In this document: positions 50,145-61,980 of the stretch, piece by piece
Layout of the letters: each line of letters begins with the position of its first letter
Position numbering within the stretch: the stretch's first letter is position 1
Assembly (NCBI GenBank): GCA_035221665.1
Contig: CM069134.1
Coordinates: 20,584,001 to 20,648,000, forward strand
DNA length: 64,000 nt
Source of the DNA: Okamejei kenojei
Taxonomy: Eukaryota
Direction: 5' to 3'
Notes under the pieces: generated by a model
Told to the model about the DNA's origin: nothing
The model's input: the letters and a program-made list of their open reading frames with translations, nothing else
Databases searched by the model: none
Translations under genes and position numbers: made by a program

Positions 50145-51165
50145 GAGTCATAGATCAATACAGCACAGAAATAGGCCCTGAAGGTCCACAATATTCATGC
50201 TGACTCAGGCTTTCTGCACCAGTCCAATTTGCCAGCATTCGGCCTTGGGCTCATTAATCCACATATCTATCCAAAAGTCAGAATTTTATCTGCTTCTATA
50301 ACATCCTCGCAGCTCATTCCAGATACAGATGACCATGTGAGTGATAAGGTTATCCCTGAGGTCCCTCTTAAATCTCTCCACTCTCACCTTAAGCTTATGC
50401 TCTCTAGTTATAGAATTTTCTACCATGGACAAAAAACTGAGCATTCACTTTATCCAATCACCCCATGATCTTGTACACCTCAATTAGGTCACCTCTCAGC
50501 TTCCCATGCTCCAAAAAGTCCCAACCTTATCCAGCATCTCCCTATAACACAAGCCCACAAGCCCAGATAACCCTCTGGTGAATCTTTTCTGCATCCTTTC
50601 CAAATGAATGACATCCTTCCTATAGCTGTGCGATTAGAACTGCACATACCTGTAGTACTCCAAGTGTAGTCTCATCAATGACTTGTACAGCTATATCATG
50701 ATGTCCAAGCCTTTGTATTCAACATCCTTCCCAATGAATGTAAGCGTGCCAAAGGCCTTCTTCATCACACTGTTCATTTGACTCATCTTTTAAGGAACTA
50801 TGAACTCTACTCCCAGGTCTCTCTGTTCTGCAACACTCTCCAGTGCTCTGCCATTTGCTGTGTAGGCACACGGGGCTATTTTTTACTCGTGGACATTTTT
50901 CAACATGTTGAAAAAACGTCCCGTCTTACCTGATGCCCCTGGTACCTACGGCTGGCATAACCAGTCGCTACAATATATCCACGGCCTCCTACAGACTCGT
51001 AACAAACATTCTGCGAGTTTGAAAACTCTGGAGAATTTGTGAATAACTCGAGAAAGTGGGACAGGCCCTTAAGTCCTGCCTTGGTTTGACATAACAAAGT
51101 GCAACAGCTCACACTTGTCAGAGTTAAATTATATTGGTCATTCCTTTGCCCACCTTCTCAAGTTC
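50145..51165 (-). mobile_element. Old CR1 fragment interrupted at about 50866-51068 by a PIF/Harbinger-like MITE remnant
   Basis: CR1-like sequence on both sides rejoins as gtgtag|tcctgccttgg. The insert has the terminus AAGTGGGACAGGCCC and an internal palindrome ttttcaacatgttgaaaa; the other TIR is missing. Confidence 0.6.
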
Positions 51166-51885
51166 TGTTTATATCAGGATTGGCTATTTATGCGTGGCTT
51201 TTCTCTCCCTATTTTTCCCTTATTTGTATATTTTGACCTTGCAGGCATGACCCAGTAGGTGAAACTATATAAATAATAGACCATTTAACATTAGCAACAA
51301 ATTAGCGGACAAAGGAGATTAAATCCCCTGCAACAGCAACGTTTTAGCCCTTTCAAAGAAAACAAATCATTTGTTCCACCCATTTTCCTCGCCCACCTTC
51401 TCTGCTCACTATAGCAACTTATTCCTCTTTTTGTCAGTTCTGATAAAGAGTTTCAGATTTGAAACATCAACCTTTCCTCTTGCTACAGCTGCTGCCTAAC
51501 CTACTGAGTCTTTCTAATGTTTTCTGTTTCTATTTTAGTCACCTGCCTTTCTTTGGTGCCAATCCATGTCCAGTGAAACACTTTGGACTATTTGTCTACA
51601 TTAACAGTGCAGAGATTTTTTTCAGTTTTCAAGTTCATTGAACTTGAAACAGGATATCCTTTGATCTACTTTGAGTAGTATCGCAGAGGTTTTGAAAAAA
51701 TGCACCTGGTTTGAACATATTTTGTCCAGTACACATCATTTTTAAGACATAAATAAGACATTTGTACAGTTTGCAGTTTTAGATGCGCACATGTTTACTA
51801 TATACTATAAAAACTTTCCATCACCAAGGTTAAACTAACTGGTTCTGTATTGCACAAAATTAACTCAAACCCCTTTCAACATAGA

Positions 51886-52017
51886 GGCTGAAGGGTCTCG
51901 ACCCGAAACGTCCCCTATTCAGTCTGAAGAAGGGTCTCGACCCAAAACGACACCTATTCCTTCGCTCCATAGATGCTGCCTCACCCGCTGAGTTTCTCCA
52001 GCATTTTTGTCTACCTT
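51886..52017 (+). mobile_element. Penelope-derived insertion with two tandem hammerhead-like cores and 13-bp TSD
   Basis: ctgaagggtctcgacccGAAAcGTC (51888-51912) then CTGAAGAagggtctcgacccAAAAcgac (51924-51951); TSD CTTTCAACA(T/A)AGA at 51873-51885 and 52018-52030. Confidence 0.8.
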
Positions 52018-53279
52018 CTTTCAACAAAGATGTTACTTTGCTATTTTCGCATCCATGATATCTCCATCTGCACCAAATGATTAGTCTATTTTAACTGTTG
52101 ACAACTTTCTTAGGACCTCCTCATTGACTTTCACTCATCTATTATCTCCATGTTTCCTCCACCAAGATTTTGACAGTATCATTCTCCCTTTCTACATATT
52201 TACAGTTCTCACCATCTCCACATGTAGATAAACACATCTGTCCCTTTCTTCCCCTGCCCCCCTCTCTCTATCAGGTCACTGTTTACATGAATATGGTAGA
52301 ATTTTGTATTCTATTCTAGGCTAACTTCTCAGATTCTCCATTTGCCCTCTTGATTTTTTGCATGCGTGGTGTTTGTTATGGATAATGTTAATCGCTGTTA
52401 TTAGCAACTGTTTTGCACCCTCTTTCTGGTAAGAAAGGGGGAAGGTGACGGCAAGATCTAGTGCTTTCCTGACATTTCCAAAGGCACAAGTGACTCACTG
52501 CAAGTCTAAAACCCAATGTTGCATGAATGTTTATACATGATTGATTTTCTGGGCTGATTAAAAATCAACTGTAGTTAGATTGCTGATATCTATGGGGAGA
52601 GAGAGAGAGCGTGATTGTGCAGAGGGATTGCAGCAATGCCGGGAGGTGAACATGCTGCCATACTTAGCTTAAGACCTCAACATGACCAGTGTGACTGAGA
52701 CAGGGTATATCTGGCTATCAAGACCATCTCAGGGAGAGACCCTGCTGGCTAGTTGGGAACTAGCTTCCCCTCATGAATTGTATACAGTGTATACAAGATT
52801 GCACAAGGCTCAGTGATCATTGGGGGAAGATCTGGCCCATTGTTCGCTGGGGCTTCTCTGCCATTCAGCATCAGTGATATCAGTAAGTTAATCACACTGA
52901 AAATTTCACTTTTTAGAAATGCATTTCTCAGATGCAATCACTGCAGGAAAAGCCACCATACATTGCCCTCTTTAATTGCCCTTGAGAAGATGATGGTGTG
53001 TCGCTGAACCACTGCCATTTTTCTGATGTAGGTACATCCACCCTCTTTCGAGGTAGAGAATTCCAGGATTAAGACTCGATGACAATAAAGGACCAGTGAT
53101 ATATTTCCACAGTAGGGTAGTGTGCAACCTGGAGAGGAACTCATGGTGGAGATATTTCCATGCTCCTTGGTGGAAGGCACCTTGGGTTTGGAAAGTGCTG
53201 TTAAGGTAGCCTAGGTGACTAAGTGCCGAGCATTTTGTAGATGTTGTGTAACAAAACTGCTGTGCGCGGTGGGGAATAG

Positions 53280-54700
53280 AATTATTGGCATTGGTTTATT
53301 GCGGTGAGATACAGTGAAAAGCTGTGTTTGGCGTGCTTACTGGCCAAATTATATCATCCAGTAAATTGGGTATCCCCCCAAAAAAAAGTGTGCAGAATAT
53401 AAAGTAGATAAAGTGACAATTTAAAGAAGTGCAAGGGCTGCACCAAGTAGACTGGGAGGTCAGGAATTCATTCTTAGCATATGAGAGGTCCATTCAAGAG
53501 TCTGATAAGAAGCAGTTGTTGAATTGGCTGGTATACGCTTTCATGCTTTTCTACTTTCTGCCCAAAGGAGAAGAGCAAATAATAAAGCATGCATGGTGCT
53601 TGATTATGTTTGCTGTTTTCCCAAGGTATTGTAATATATAGTGATGTGTCGATGAACTCAATATTTGTGAGTCAATATATGTGGGCTGGGGGGAGGTTTC
53701 ACTAGTTTGCACAATAGACTGAGTTGTGTCCGTAACTCTGCAATTTCTTGCAAGTCTGGGCTGAACAGTTGCCATAATAATCTGTGATCCATCTGGATAG
53801 AATGCTTTCTATGGCGCATCTGTGGAAATTAGTAAGATATTGGAGACATGCTGAATAAATTTTGCCTTCTGAGGAAGTAGAAGCAACGGTGTGCTTTCTT
53901 AGCTGTGGCATCATGGCGGTTGAACCAGACAAATTGTTGGTGATATTTGTCCGTAGGTACTTGATGTTCTCAACCATCTACACTTCAGCACCATTGATAG
54001 ACTGAGGAATATACTCCACAATGCTTCTTGAAGTTAATGACGAGCCCCTTCATTTGACATTGAGAGAGGTTTTTGTCTTGACACCATGGAATTAAGCGTT
54101 CTATCTCCTTTCTGAACTCCACCTCGTCATTGTTTGAGTTCAACCCACCATGGCTGTGTCATCTCCAAACCTGAAAACGGAATTAGAGCAGAATTGGGTC
54201 ACACAGTTGTGAGTGTGAGTATAGTGAGGAACTGAGAATGCAGTCTTGTGATATTGAGAATTATTGTGAAGAATATATTATGATGCCTATCCTCACCGAT
54301 TGTGGTCTATGCGTCAGGAGGTCAAGGATCCCGTTGCAGAGGGATCCCTCATTCTGGGGGTTGGAGAGTTGGTTAGAATTAATGTGTTAAAGGCAGGGCT
54401 ATAGTTATAAATAGGTGTCTAACCTATGAGTCCTTGTTATCCAAATGTTTCAGCGATGAGTGTAAGGCCAGGGAGATGGTGTCTGCCAAGGACTTGTTAT
54501 GGCAGTAGATGCATTTTTCTGCTTTTCTGTAGTATTGGGATTATAGCAGTCTTAAAACAGGTAGGAACTGTCAATTGGGGTATAGAGAGGTTAAAGATGT
54601 TCACAAACACTCGTGCTGGTTGTTCCGCACAGATTCTAAGGACACAGCCGGGAACTTCAAATTAGCCAGATTTTTGTTCGCATGTTCACTCACAGGAAGC
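53280..54700 (-). mobile_element. Degenerate Rex1/Babar LINE (RT region to 3' end)
   Basis: ORF 53702-53977 VENIKYLRTNITNNLS...LTNFHRCAIESILSRWITDYYGNCSAQTCKKLQ is a Rex1-type post-RT motif. Confidence 0.8.
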
Positions 54701-55036
54701 CCCATCTGAAAATTGTGACAGTGCACTCAAGGCTTTCAAAGGGTGGGGATGATATCATTCCACTGATCTGATGTTCAATACGAACATAGCTTATAGGGGA
54801 GGGAAGCATTGTTATCAGCAATACTGCCTACTGTACAAAAACTGTAACATCCAGATTCAGGAGCAGCTTCTTCCTTACAACCATCAGGCCATTAAACCTC
54901 CAAATACTCTCTGAATTACATAGACATGGGGGCATTGTATTTGTCTTCGCACTATTATTGTTTTTTTTAAATATATTTATTGTGTGAATGCAGAGGGAGT
55001 ATAGTGAGGGACTGAGAATACATATATATAGTATAT

Positions 55037-56215
55037 ACTAGACCAAATGGGTCCCATTGGGTCCCAGTCACATGGGAGGCCTAGTCCCCAAATGCAACCC
55101 GTTCCCCCAACGCAGTATTCGACCACTCACCCATAGTCCCCACGGGAGGCCTGGTCCCCCAACACAACCTGTTCCCCAATGCAATATTCCACCACTCACC
55201 TGTTCCCCCAATGCAACCCATTCCCCCAACAAAATATTGAACCACTCACCCATAGCCCCCAACTGCACAGGGGTGGCTCATTTCTACTTATTCACCCTCC
55301 CTCTTTTTAAACTTAAAATAAATCCAATTGCACTTGCTGCCAGGAAAGAAAATACATTTGCACTTGCTGCCAGGACTCAGTGTCCTGGGATTTGCAACAT
55401 TGTAACGGGCAGAGCCAGCAATTGTATTTGGATTTTTTACAGTGAAAAGTTAAGTAAAAAGTTAAATTTGTATAGTTTTAAATGTGAATAACTTGTACAA
55501 TATAACATAAATCTGAATGAAACGTGATACGACACATCACAGGATAATGGTGAGTAAGGTGGTCCAAAAATTGTAGCGCTATCATGTACCGTTTTGGCAT
55601 AATTCAGGGCATGACTAACAGACAGACAGACTCACAAACAAGATGAGAGTTTTAGTAATATACATGACCAAGTTGGACCCGTTGGGCCCCGTTCCACAAC
55701 GCAATAATCCGCCACTCACCCGTTCCCCCAACGCAACCCATTCCCCAATGCATAGCCCCGACAGGAGACCTGGTCCCCCAACGCAAACTGTTCCCCAACG
55801 TAAGATTCCAGCTCTACCCTGCCTCCCCCAGCACTGGACTTTAAAATAAATTCCAATTGCACTTCCCCTGCCTCCCCAGCACTTCCAATTCCCCTGGCCC
55901 CTCCCCTCCTGTTCAATGCTTGCTGCCAAAACCACGACTAAGTGTTCTATGATGGCAAGATTGTTGCAAATGTCGAGTGGAGGACTGTGAGATCCCATAG
56001 TGACATCATAGCTGCAACTGCCAGCACTGAAGTGTTGAAGTGATTATCAAAGTGGATTTAGTAAATTAAAAAATGTGATAACTTGTGAAATATAACATCA
56101 ATTTGAATGAAACTTGATACAAATGACCACAGGTCAATGGTAAGGTGGTGCAAATATCTTTGCGCTATTGTGTACCATTTTGCCTTAGTTCCTTGAGATC
56201 GCACGCACGCACGAA
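55037..56215 (-). mobile_element. Two tandem non-autonomous Helitron-like units (about 55037-55660 and 55662-56215)
   Basis: ACTAG (CTAGT on the minus strand) at 55037 with a nearby GC hairpin (ggtcccattgggtcc; ggacccgttgggccc at 55675-55689), internal minisatellite, (CAGA)n near the other end, and shared blocks at about 55480-55600 and 56068-56190. No TIR or TSD. Confidence 0.55.
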
Positions 56216-56216
56216 A

Positions 56217-56403
56217 GCATGCAGTGCATTCGAGAGATACCGATAGTCGAGAAATAAAGAATGCATGCAGTGCATTCGAGAGATACCGATAGTCGAGAAA
56301 TAAAGAATGCACGCAGTGCATTCGAGAGATACCGATAGTCGAGAAATAAAGAATGCATGCAGTGCATTCGAGAGATACTGATAGTTGAGATACATGAATG
56401 CAT
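56217..56403. repeat. 46-bp minisatellite, 4 copies
   Basis: Unit GCATGCAGTGCATTCGAGAGATACCGATAGTCGAGAAATAAAGAAT starting at 56217, 56263, 56309 and 56355. Confidence 0.95.
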
Positions 56404-56429
56404 ACAGTTTTTCCACCCCTGGTGTGCTC

Positions 56430-57110
56430 GCTATTCAACGATTCCGGGCCGGGCCCGCGCGCTGCGCCCGCCCGCGCATCGCGTGCACGGCTGATGCTCG
56501 CGCCCGCTCCCGCTCCCGCTCCCGCCCCGTGCTTGCGCAGCGCGTCACTGCGTCAGCCTCGCCTGTGCTGGGGCGGGGGGGGGGGGGGGGGGTGGCGGCG
56601 GTGGCGAGCGTCCACATTGGCCACAAAGTTGGTGCACGGACGTCGCTTTCATCGTCTCCGGATATTCCCGTGTGCAGCAGCCCCGGGCGGGCGGGAGCGA
56701 GCCCGGCTCACAGGTAAGGCGGCGCCAGGGCTTCGCCGTCCCCGGGCGGCGGCGGCAGCGGCAGCGGCAGCGTTGGCGGCGGCGCGCGCGCGCTTGCCCG
56801 GAGCCCGGAGCCCGAGCGCCAGCCCCGAGCAGGCGCCTCTTCCCGTCTGTCTCACTCTTTATCTTCCTCCTCCCTTCGCACCGCAGAATGCAATGCAATG
56901 CACGCGGCGACTAACCGGCCCGCCCGGCCGCGCACTCGGGCTGGAGGCTGCGAGCGACTGCAGCAGCAGCAGACAGACAGCGAGCGCCAATCCGTGTAGC
57001 AAGATGGTCGGTCGCTGTGCGAGAAGGCGCTGTACTCGTGACAGTGCGGGCGGGCGGGCGGGAGGGCGGGCGCGCCGGGAGTGAAGCGCGGTCCGGGCTG
57101 CTTGCAGAGG
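56430..57110. promoter_or_regulatory. CpG island promoter
   Basis: Abrupt, very GC- and CpG-rich stretch in AT-rich DNA; GC box GGGGCGGGG at about 56570, inverted CCAAT (ATTGG) at 56616, NRF1-like TGCGCAGCGCG at about 56534. A second CpG patch lies at about 57440-57820. Confidence 0.9.
56640..56713 (+). other. Probable non-coding first exon of the next gene (ZBTB14 by synteny, unverified); start approximate
   Basis: Consensus donor CAG|GTAAGG at 56713/56714 inside the CpG island. No BTB or zinc-finger coding sequence is visible in the window. Confidence 0.5.
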
Positions 57111-58609
57111 GCGAGGTGAACGGAAGGGTGCATTCCACTTGTCCATTTTATTGCAACGATTTTGCATTGAAATCCAGAAGCCACTCTCCCCTGCAGCCTG
57201 TCAGCGTGCAGTCAAGATCAACAAACGAATATCAAAACGTGCACTTTTCAAAATGGAGCTTCCAATTATAATTAAAAATTCGCTTTGAATAAATCTATAA
57301 CCTATGCTCTGTAGAACTAAACCTTTCTGAGCACATTGTAACAAAAGTATTGAATGCTTAATTTTATGTTTAAAATGTTAAATCAGATTTGCCATATTAA
57401 TGTCATAAGTAAAGATAGGCCAGTTGTTACAATTAATAAACTCGTAGCTGCCGGGCAACGGCTACTGCATTTTAAAAAAAAGTAAAATGCAGAATAAAAA
57501 TCGCCGGGGAAGCGCGCGATCCCGACGGGGACGCGGGAAGAGCAGTTTGCAGACGCGGCAACGAGAGCAGTGCATGTCGCTCGCTGCCCGGAGAGTGGCA
57601 CGGTGGTGGGGCTTCACCCACGGACACGCTCCGCCGTGTGCTCCAATCTTCATTGCATGGTGGCGGAGAATCGCGACGATTGGAAATGGACACGTAAATA
57701 AAGGGGAGTTCGCGCACCTGTTATCATCCACCGATAACTCCACCCTTTGTGGCGGGCGAATGTGATATTAGCTACAAGCCAGTTATTATAATATCCAGCC
57801 TCGCCCGGATTGAGACCCGCTAGCTGATCTCTCAATGCCCACATAAGAAAAGCCCACTCCAGCCCTTTGCCCCCATTTACCGTTCAATAAGTCAGGCTGT
57901 TGTTTTTTTTTCCCGTGTCCCATTCATATATGTCCTTTCGGACCATGAGGTTCGACCACAAAAAGCTAGAATAACTCAGCGGACAAGGCAGCATCTCAGG
58001 TGACGTTTCGGTCGAGACCCTTCTTCATTACGAATTACTTCCAGCTTGTGTGTTACACGGTTTAAAACCAGCATCTGCAATTCCTTCTTACCTATTCCAC
58101 CATAGTTTCCCTGGAACAATTATTTATCACATCTCAAACACGCCTCCAAATCTAAAAACCGCCAAACAACATTGGAGTGATTTAAAGTAGACAATTTGCT
58201 AACCGACTAATGTGTTTTTGAGAACAAGAATATCCAGAGAAGATCTAGGCAATCTCTGGGAGAACAACTCCACACAGGCAGCCCCCAGTTTGGATTTCAT
58301 CCAGGTTGCTGAAGAAATGAGGCACCAAGGCTAGCTACTGTGCTATTTTACTGCTCACTTTCCTTAATATAATTATCCATCTATTGAATATACTCAGCAG
58401 AAGAGCTTACATTGCCCTCTTTGCAGAAAATTCCAACGATTCATCATTCTTTGGGTGAGGGAATGCCTTTTCATCTCTGTGCTAGGCAACAGAATCTTAT
58501 TTTAAGATTGGAATCCTTAGTTCCAGATAGTCAGCTTGGAGAAATAGCAGCCTGTATCTGTCAACAAGGTCCACTGAAGTAGGAATGAACAGCAGATTTG
58601 GTTAGACAA

Positions 58610-59540
58610 CAAAGATAGACACAAAATGCTGGAGTAACCGGGTCAGGCAGCATCTCTGAGGAAAAAAAGAAATGGGTGAAATATTTCTGGTCGAGACCCT
58701 TCTTCAGACCTCAAGGTCCATTGACTCACCTATCTTTAAGAGCTCCATCTAACTATCTTGAAAGCATCCAGAGAATTGGCCTCCACTGCCCTGAGGATGG
58801 GAGAAATTTGTGCGTCCTGGTGGGATACTAGGGAGGGGGAATGAAGGGTGCGCTGTGGAAGAAGGGGGAGGGGGGATTGTAGTTCCCTAAAATTGGAGAA
58901 TTCAATGTTCAGACAATTGGGTTGTAAGCAACCCAAGAGGAATATAATATGCAGTTCCTTCGCTTTGCGTGTGGTCTCACTGCAGCAACACAAGAAGCCC
59001 AGGCAGAAAATTCCGTTTTGGGAATGGGACGAGGACTAAATGATTAGTCACTGGGCGATCAGAAGGCCTTGGCAACCAAGTTAGTGTCATGAAACAGTCT
59101 CCAGTCGCCGACCACTTGGTTTTCCAATGTACGGGAGCCACATCAGAACTCTGGATGTAGGAGATGATTAGAGAAGTGATGTATCCTCTATATCTCAACC
59201 TGAAGACTGCTGGGTCCCTGATGCAGGTGAGGGAGGAGGTTTAGGGACAGAGTTACTCTCTTGTGTTGCAAGAGAAAGTACCCGGAGTGGTGTGTTTGGT
59301 GGGAAAGATAATAAACAAAGAATTGCGGAGGGAGCATCTCTGCGAAGCATAAATTAGTGAGGATGAGGTCACTTGGAGATACAGAAATTTCGGAGAAATG
59401 TGTTGTTGAATGCCTCTGGTGCGTGAAAGGGGTGAGAATCTGGGGAACTCTGTTGTTTTCCCATGTGGGGAAAAGACGAGCAAGAGAGCAGAACTGCAGA
59501 CGGCAAGTGAAGATTCCATCTATAACAGCAGGTAAATCCA
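58610..59540 (-). mobile_element. Penelope-like element remnant: GIY-YIG endonuclease region plus hammerhead-bearing terminal repeat
   Basis: Minus ORFs give ITSLIISYIQ...KTKWSATGDCF...PVTNHL and SETTRKAKELHIIFLLGCLQPNCLNIEFSNFR (PLE GIY-YIG C-terminus). The terminal repeat at 58612-58710 has gtCTGAAGAagggtctcgacc; a small CR1 piece lies at about 58725-58795. Confidence 0.8.
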
Positions 59541-61671
59541 CGTTTACTAAGATAGTGACATCTCGGACATTTTTGTCCTAGAGATCTATGTCTACCAAGA
59601 ATCGAGTCAGGAGTGTCCCAGCGATTTAAATTGCAAATGTTTCTCTTCTGTTCAAAAAGGGAGCAGGGGCTAAAGAGGGCAACTAAGTGTAGGAAGGAAA
59701 CGCCGAACGGTTTACACAAAATAGACTCAAAATGCTGGAGTAAACTCGGCGGGACAGCAGCATCTCTGAGAGAAGGAATGGTGGAGCTTTTGGGTTGAGA
59801 CCCTTCATTCAGATAGGCAAGAGAACTAGAGATATGGAGGGTACGGAGTGAAAACGCCAAGATCACAAAGCAGACGATTATCAATGAAATGGTAGAATGG
59901 TTCAGGCAACAATTAAATGGTTTTGGATATACCTAAACCTCATATTACGTAACCCCCATTAGAATGAGTTTCAGTTATAGTGGACAGATCTACCGACTTT
60001 AACTGCAGTTCGCCAACACTATCCCTGTCTCTGTCTTCTTCTCCGACCGTTTCCCCTCCAGGCTGCCTCAAACGCCACTCCAGGCCGATGGGACGACAAC
60101 CAACCCGGCCCTCCCACACCCCGCCACCCCCAGCCGCTTTCCCAGGTCTGGCAGAACTGGGCCGCTCACCCGCCGGCCCTTACCCTGCACTCCTGCCGTT
60201 CACAGGCCCACGCTCATGACTGCACCGATCCTCCCTGGTTTCGGCAGACAAAGTTTCAGATTTAAACCGTTTTGAAACAGGGGCATGATTCCTATGTTCT
60301 CCAGAGATGCTGCCTGACCTGCTGTGTTACTTCAGCACTTTGTAACCAGAATCTGCAGTTCTTTGTTTCTGCAGTTTATGCAATGATACTCTATTAATAG
60401 ATAATCCCTTCCGCAGTTATAGCGGACAGGGCACTTCCATGGACTGTTATAATGAAGGTTTACTGTATTGATCCCTGTTGGAATCTCAATCTTCAATTTA
60501 TAGAACTGAATGGGTGATCGGTGGTGGGCGTGGTCGAAAGGCCTGTTTCCAAGCCATCAAAAATGTGCATTCTACTTTGATCAGTTTGATCAAGAAAATT
60601 GTGAAGAAATATGCCCAAAGCAACTGAGCATTCTGCATTTTGTTTTCTAAGCACTCAACTTACATGCTACTTTAAGCTATGTGATGGTGGTGATAGTGCT
60701 TTAATTTTGTGCACTTAGTGTTTTCATTGTTCAGGGAAGAGGGGAGTTATGGCTGTTCACTGTTCTGATCTATTAGCTATATTTTACGTTGCAGTACATT
60801 TCCAGGCCTTTCAGCACCGTTAAACGTTTTAAATGTAATTGTTACATTTTAATGTAACTATTTAATTTTAATTAGCTTTACAATCAAAGAGGAGGGATAG
60901 AGAAATACTAAAAAATCAGGAATGTTAGCTGTGTCAACTGCTTGATCAAATACTTTTTTAAAAAAACTGCAACCAACATTTTCAGAAAATTCTGCAACTT
61001 TTTTTCATATCATAGCATTTTCCATCCTAATCAGATGCGGTGGTTTAAATATCCAACTAGAATTAAGTACACAATCAGATCAACACAATTATAATTGGTC
61101 ATGTCTCTGCAAACCAAAGCAAATCTATCAATCATTTACAACGTGATGGAATAAATGACTAACATTGATTTTGAACAGCAAGTGGTCACCAATAACCAGC
61201 TAATGTTTGGGTTGTAGCCAAGGGCCACTGATTCCTGGCTAATTTTGATATGAATTTGGAGAAAGCAGCTGAGTTCCAGACATAGAGCAAGAGCAATGGC
61301 CCATGTTAATCAATTGTGGCATTAAGAAAACGTCGAATCGATTGATATTTTGAGGTGGCTTCTAGAAAAGCAAAATGCTGCGGTTGCTGGAAATGTAAAA
61401 CTATCACTCTCACAGTAGCAGAATTTGTTAGAGACAAATAGGGTGATGTTTTGGGTTTGATGACTGAGAAGACTTACTTGTAGAGCAGCTTTAAGATGCA
61501 GAAAAAGTGGAGAGAGGGGAAGGGACCAAAAACCAGGTCGGTGATAGGATGAAAGCAGGAGAATTCAAGGGTCCCTTGGGTTCCATTTTAAGTAATTACG
61601 CTCTTGAAAGCCATCAAATTCAGCCAGAAATAGCTGCAATCATGTAACCTAATCGAGTGTTTTTTTGCTTA

Positions 61672-61980
61672 GGATTGACAAAAAGTTGGAATAAACCAGC
61701 AAGTACAGGCAGCATCTCTGGAGAGAAGGAATGGTGACGTTTGGATGAGACCCTTCTCAGAAGGTTTAGGGATAAGGGAGAAAACAGATGTAGGCGATGA
61801 TGAAGAACAATGAATTATCTATATGCAAACAATAATGATAAAAAGGGAAACAGGCCAATATAGCGATAGAATCAAATGAGAAGCTAGTGCGACAATTGGT
61901 GTGGGAGGGATAGCGAGAAAGGAATGCCGGGGTACCTTAAGTTAATCAATATCTTACCAGTGGCTTAAACTGCCCAATTG
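61672..61980 (-). mobile_element. Penelope-like 3' fragment with terminal repeat
   Basis: The minus strand runs from a degenerate LGSLxPxG..ID..F ORF end (about 61980-61935) through the UTR into tctgagaagggtctc...aaacgtcacc. Confidence 0.65.

Noticed and set aside
56217-56403. CRISPR-like regular repeats
   Set aside because: The units are contiguous with no unique spacers, there are no cas genes, and the context is vertebrate; this is a minisatellite.
56385-57271. Long overlapping ORFs (up to 228 aa) rich in A/R/P/G
   Set aside because: All frames are open because GC-rich CpG-island DNA lacks stop codons; no recognisable domain.
59930-60467. pogo/Tigger-like MITE (right end ttataatgaaggtttactg|TA)
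   Set aside because: The left terminus is too degenerate to confirm a TIR pair.
60560-60800. Possible ZBTB14 5'-UTR exon (ttcattgttcag|ggaag at about 60733)
   Set aside because: No convincing donor or recognisable homology; cannot be supported without transcripts.
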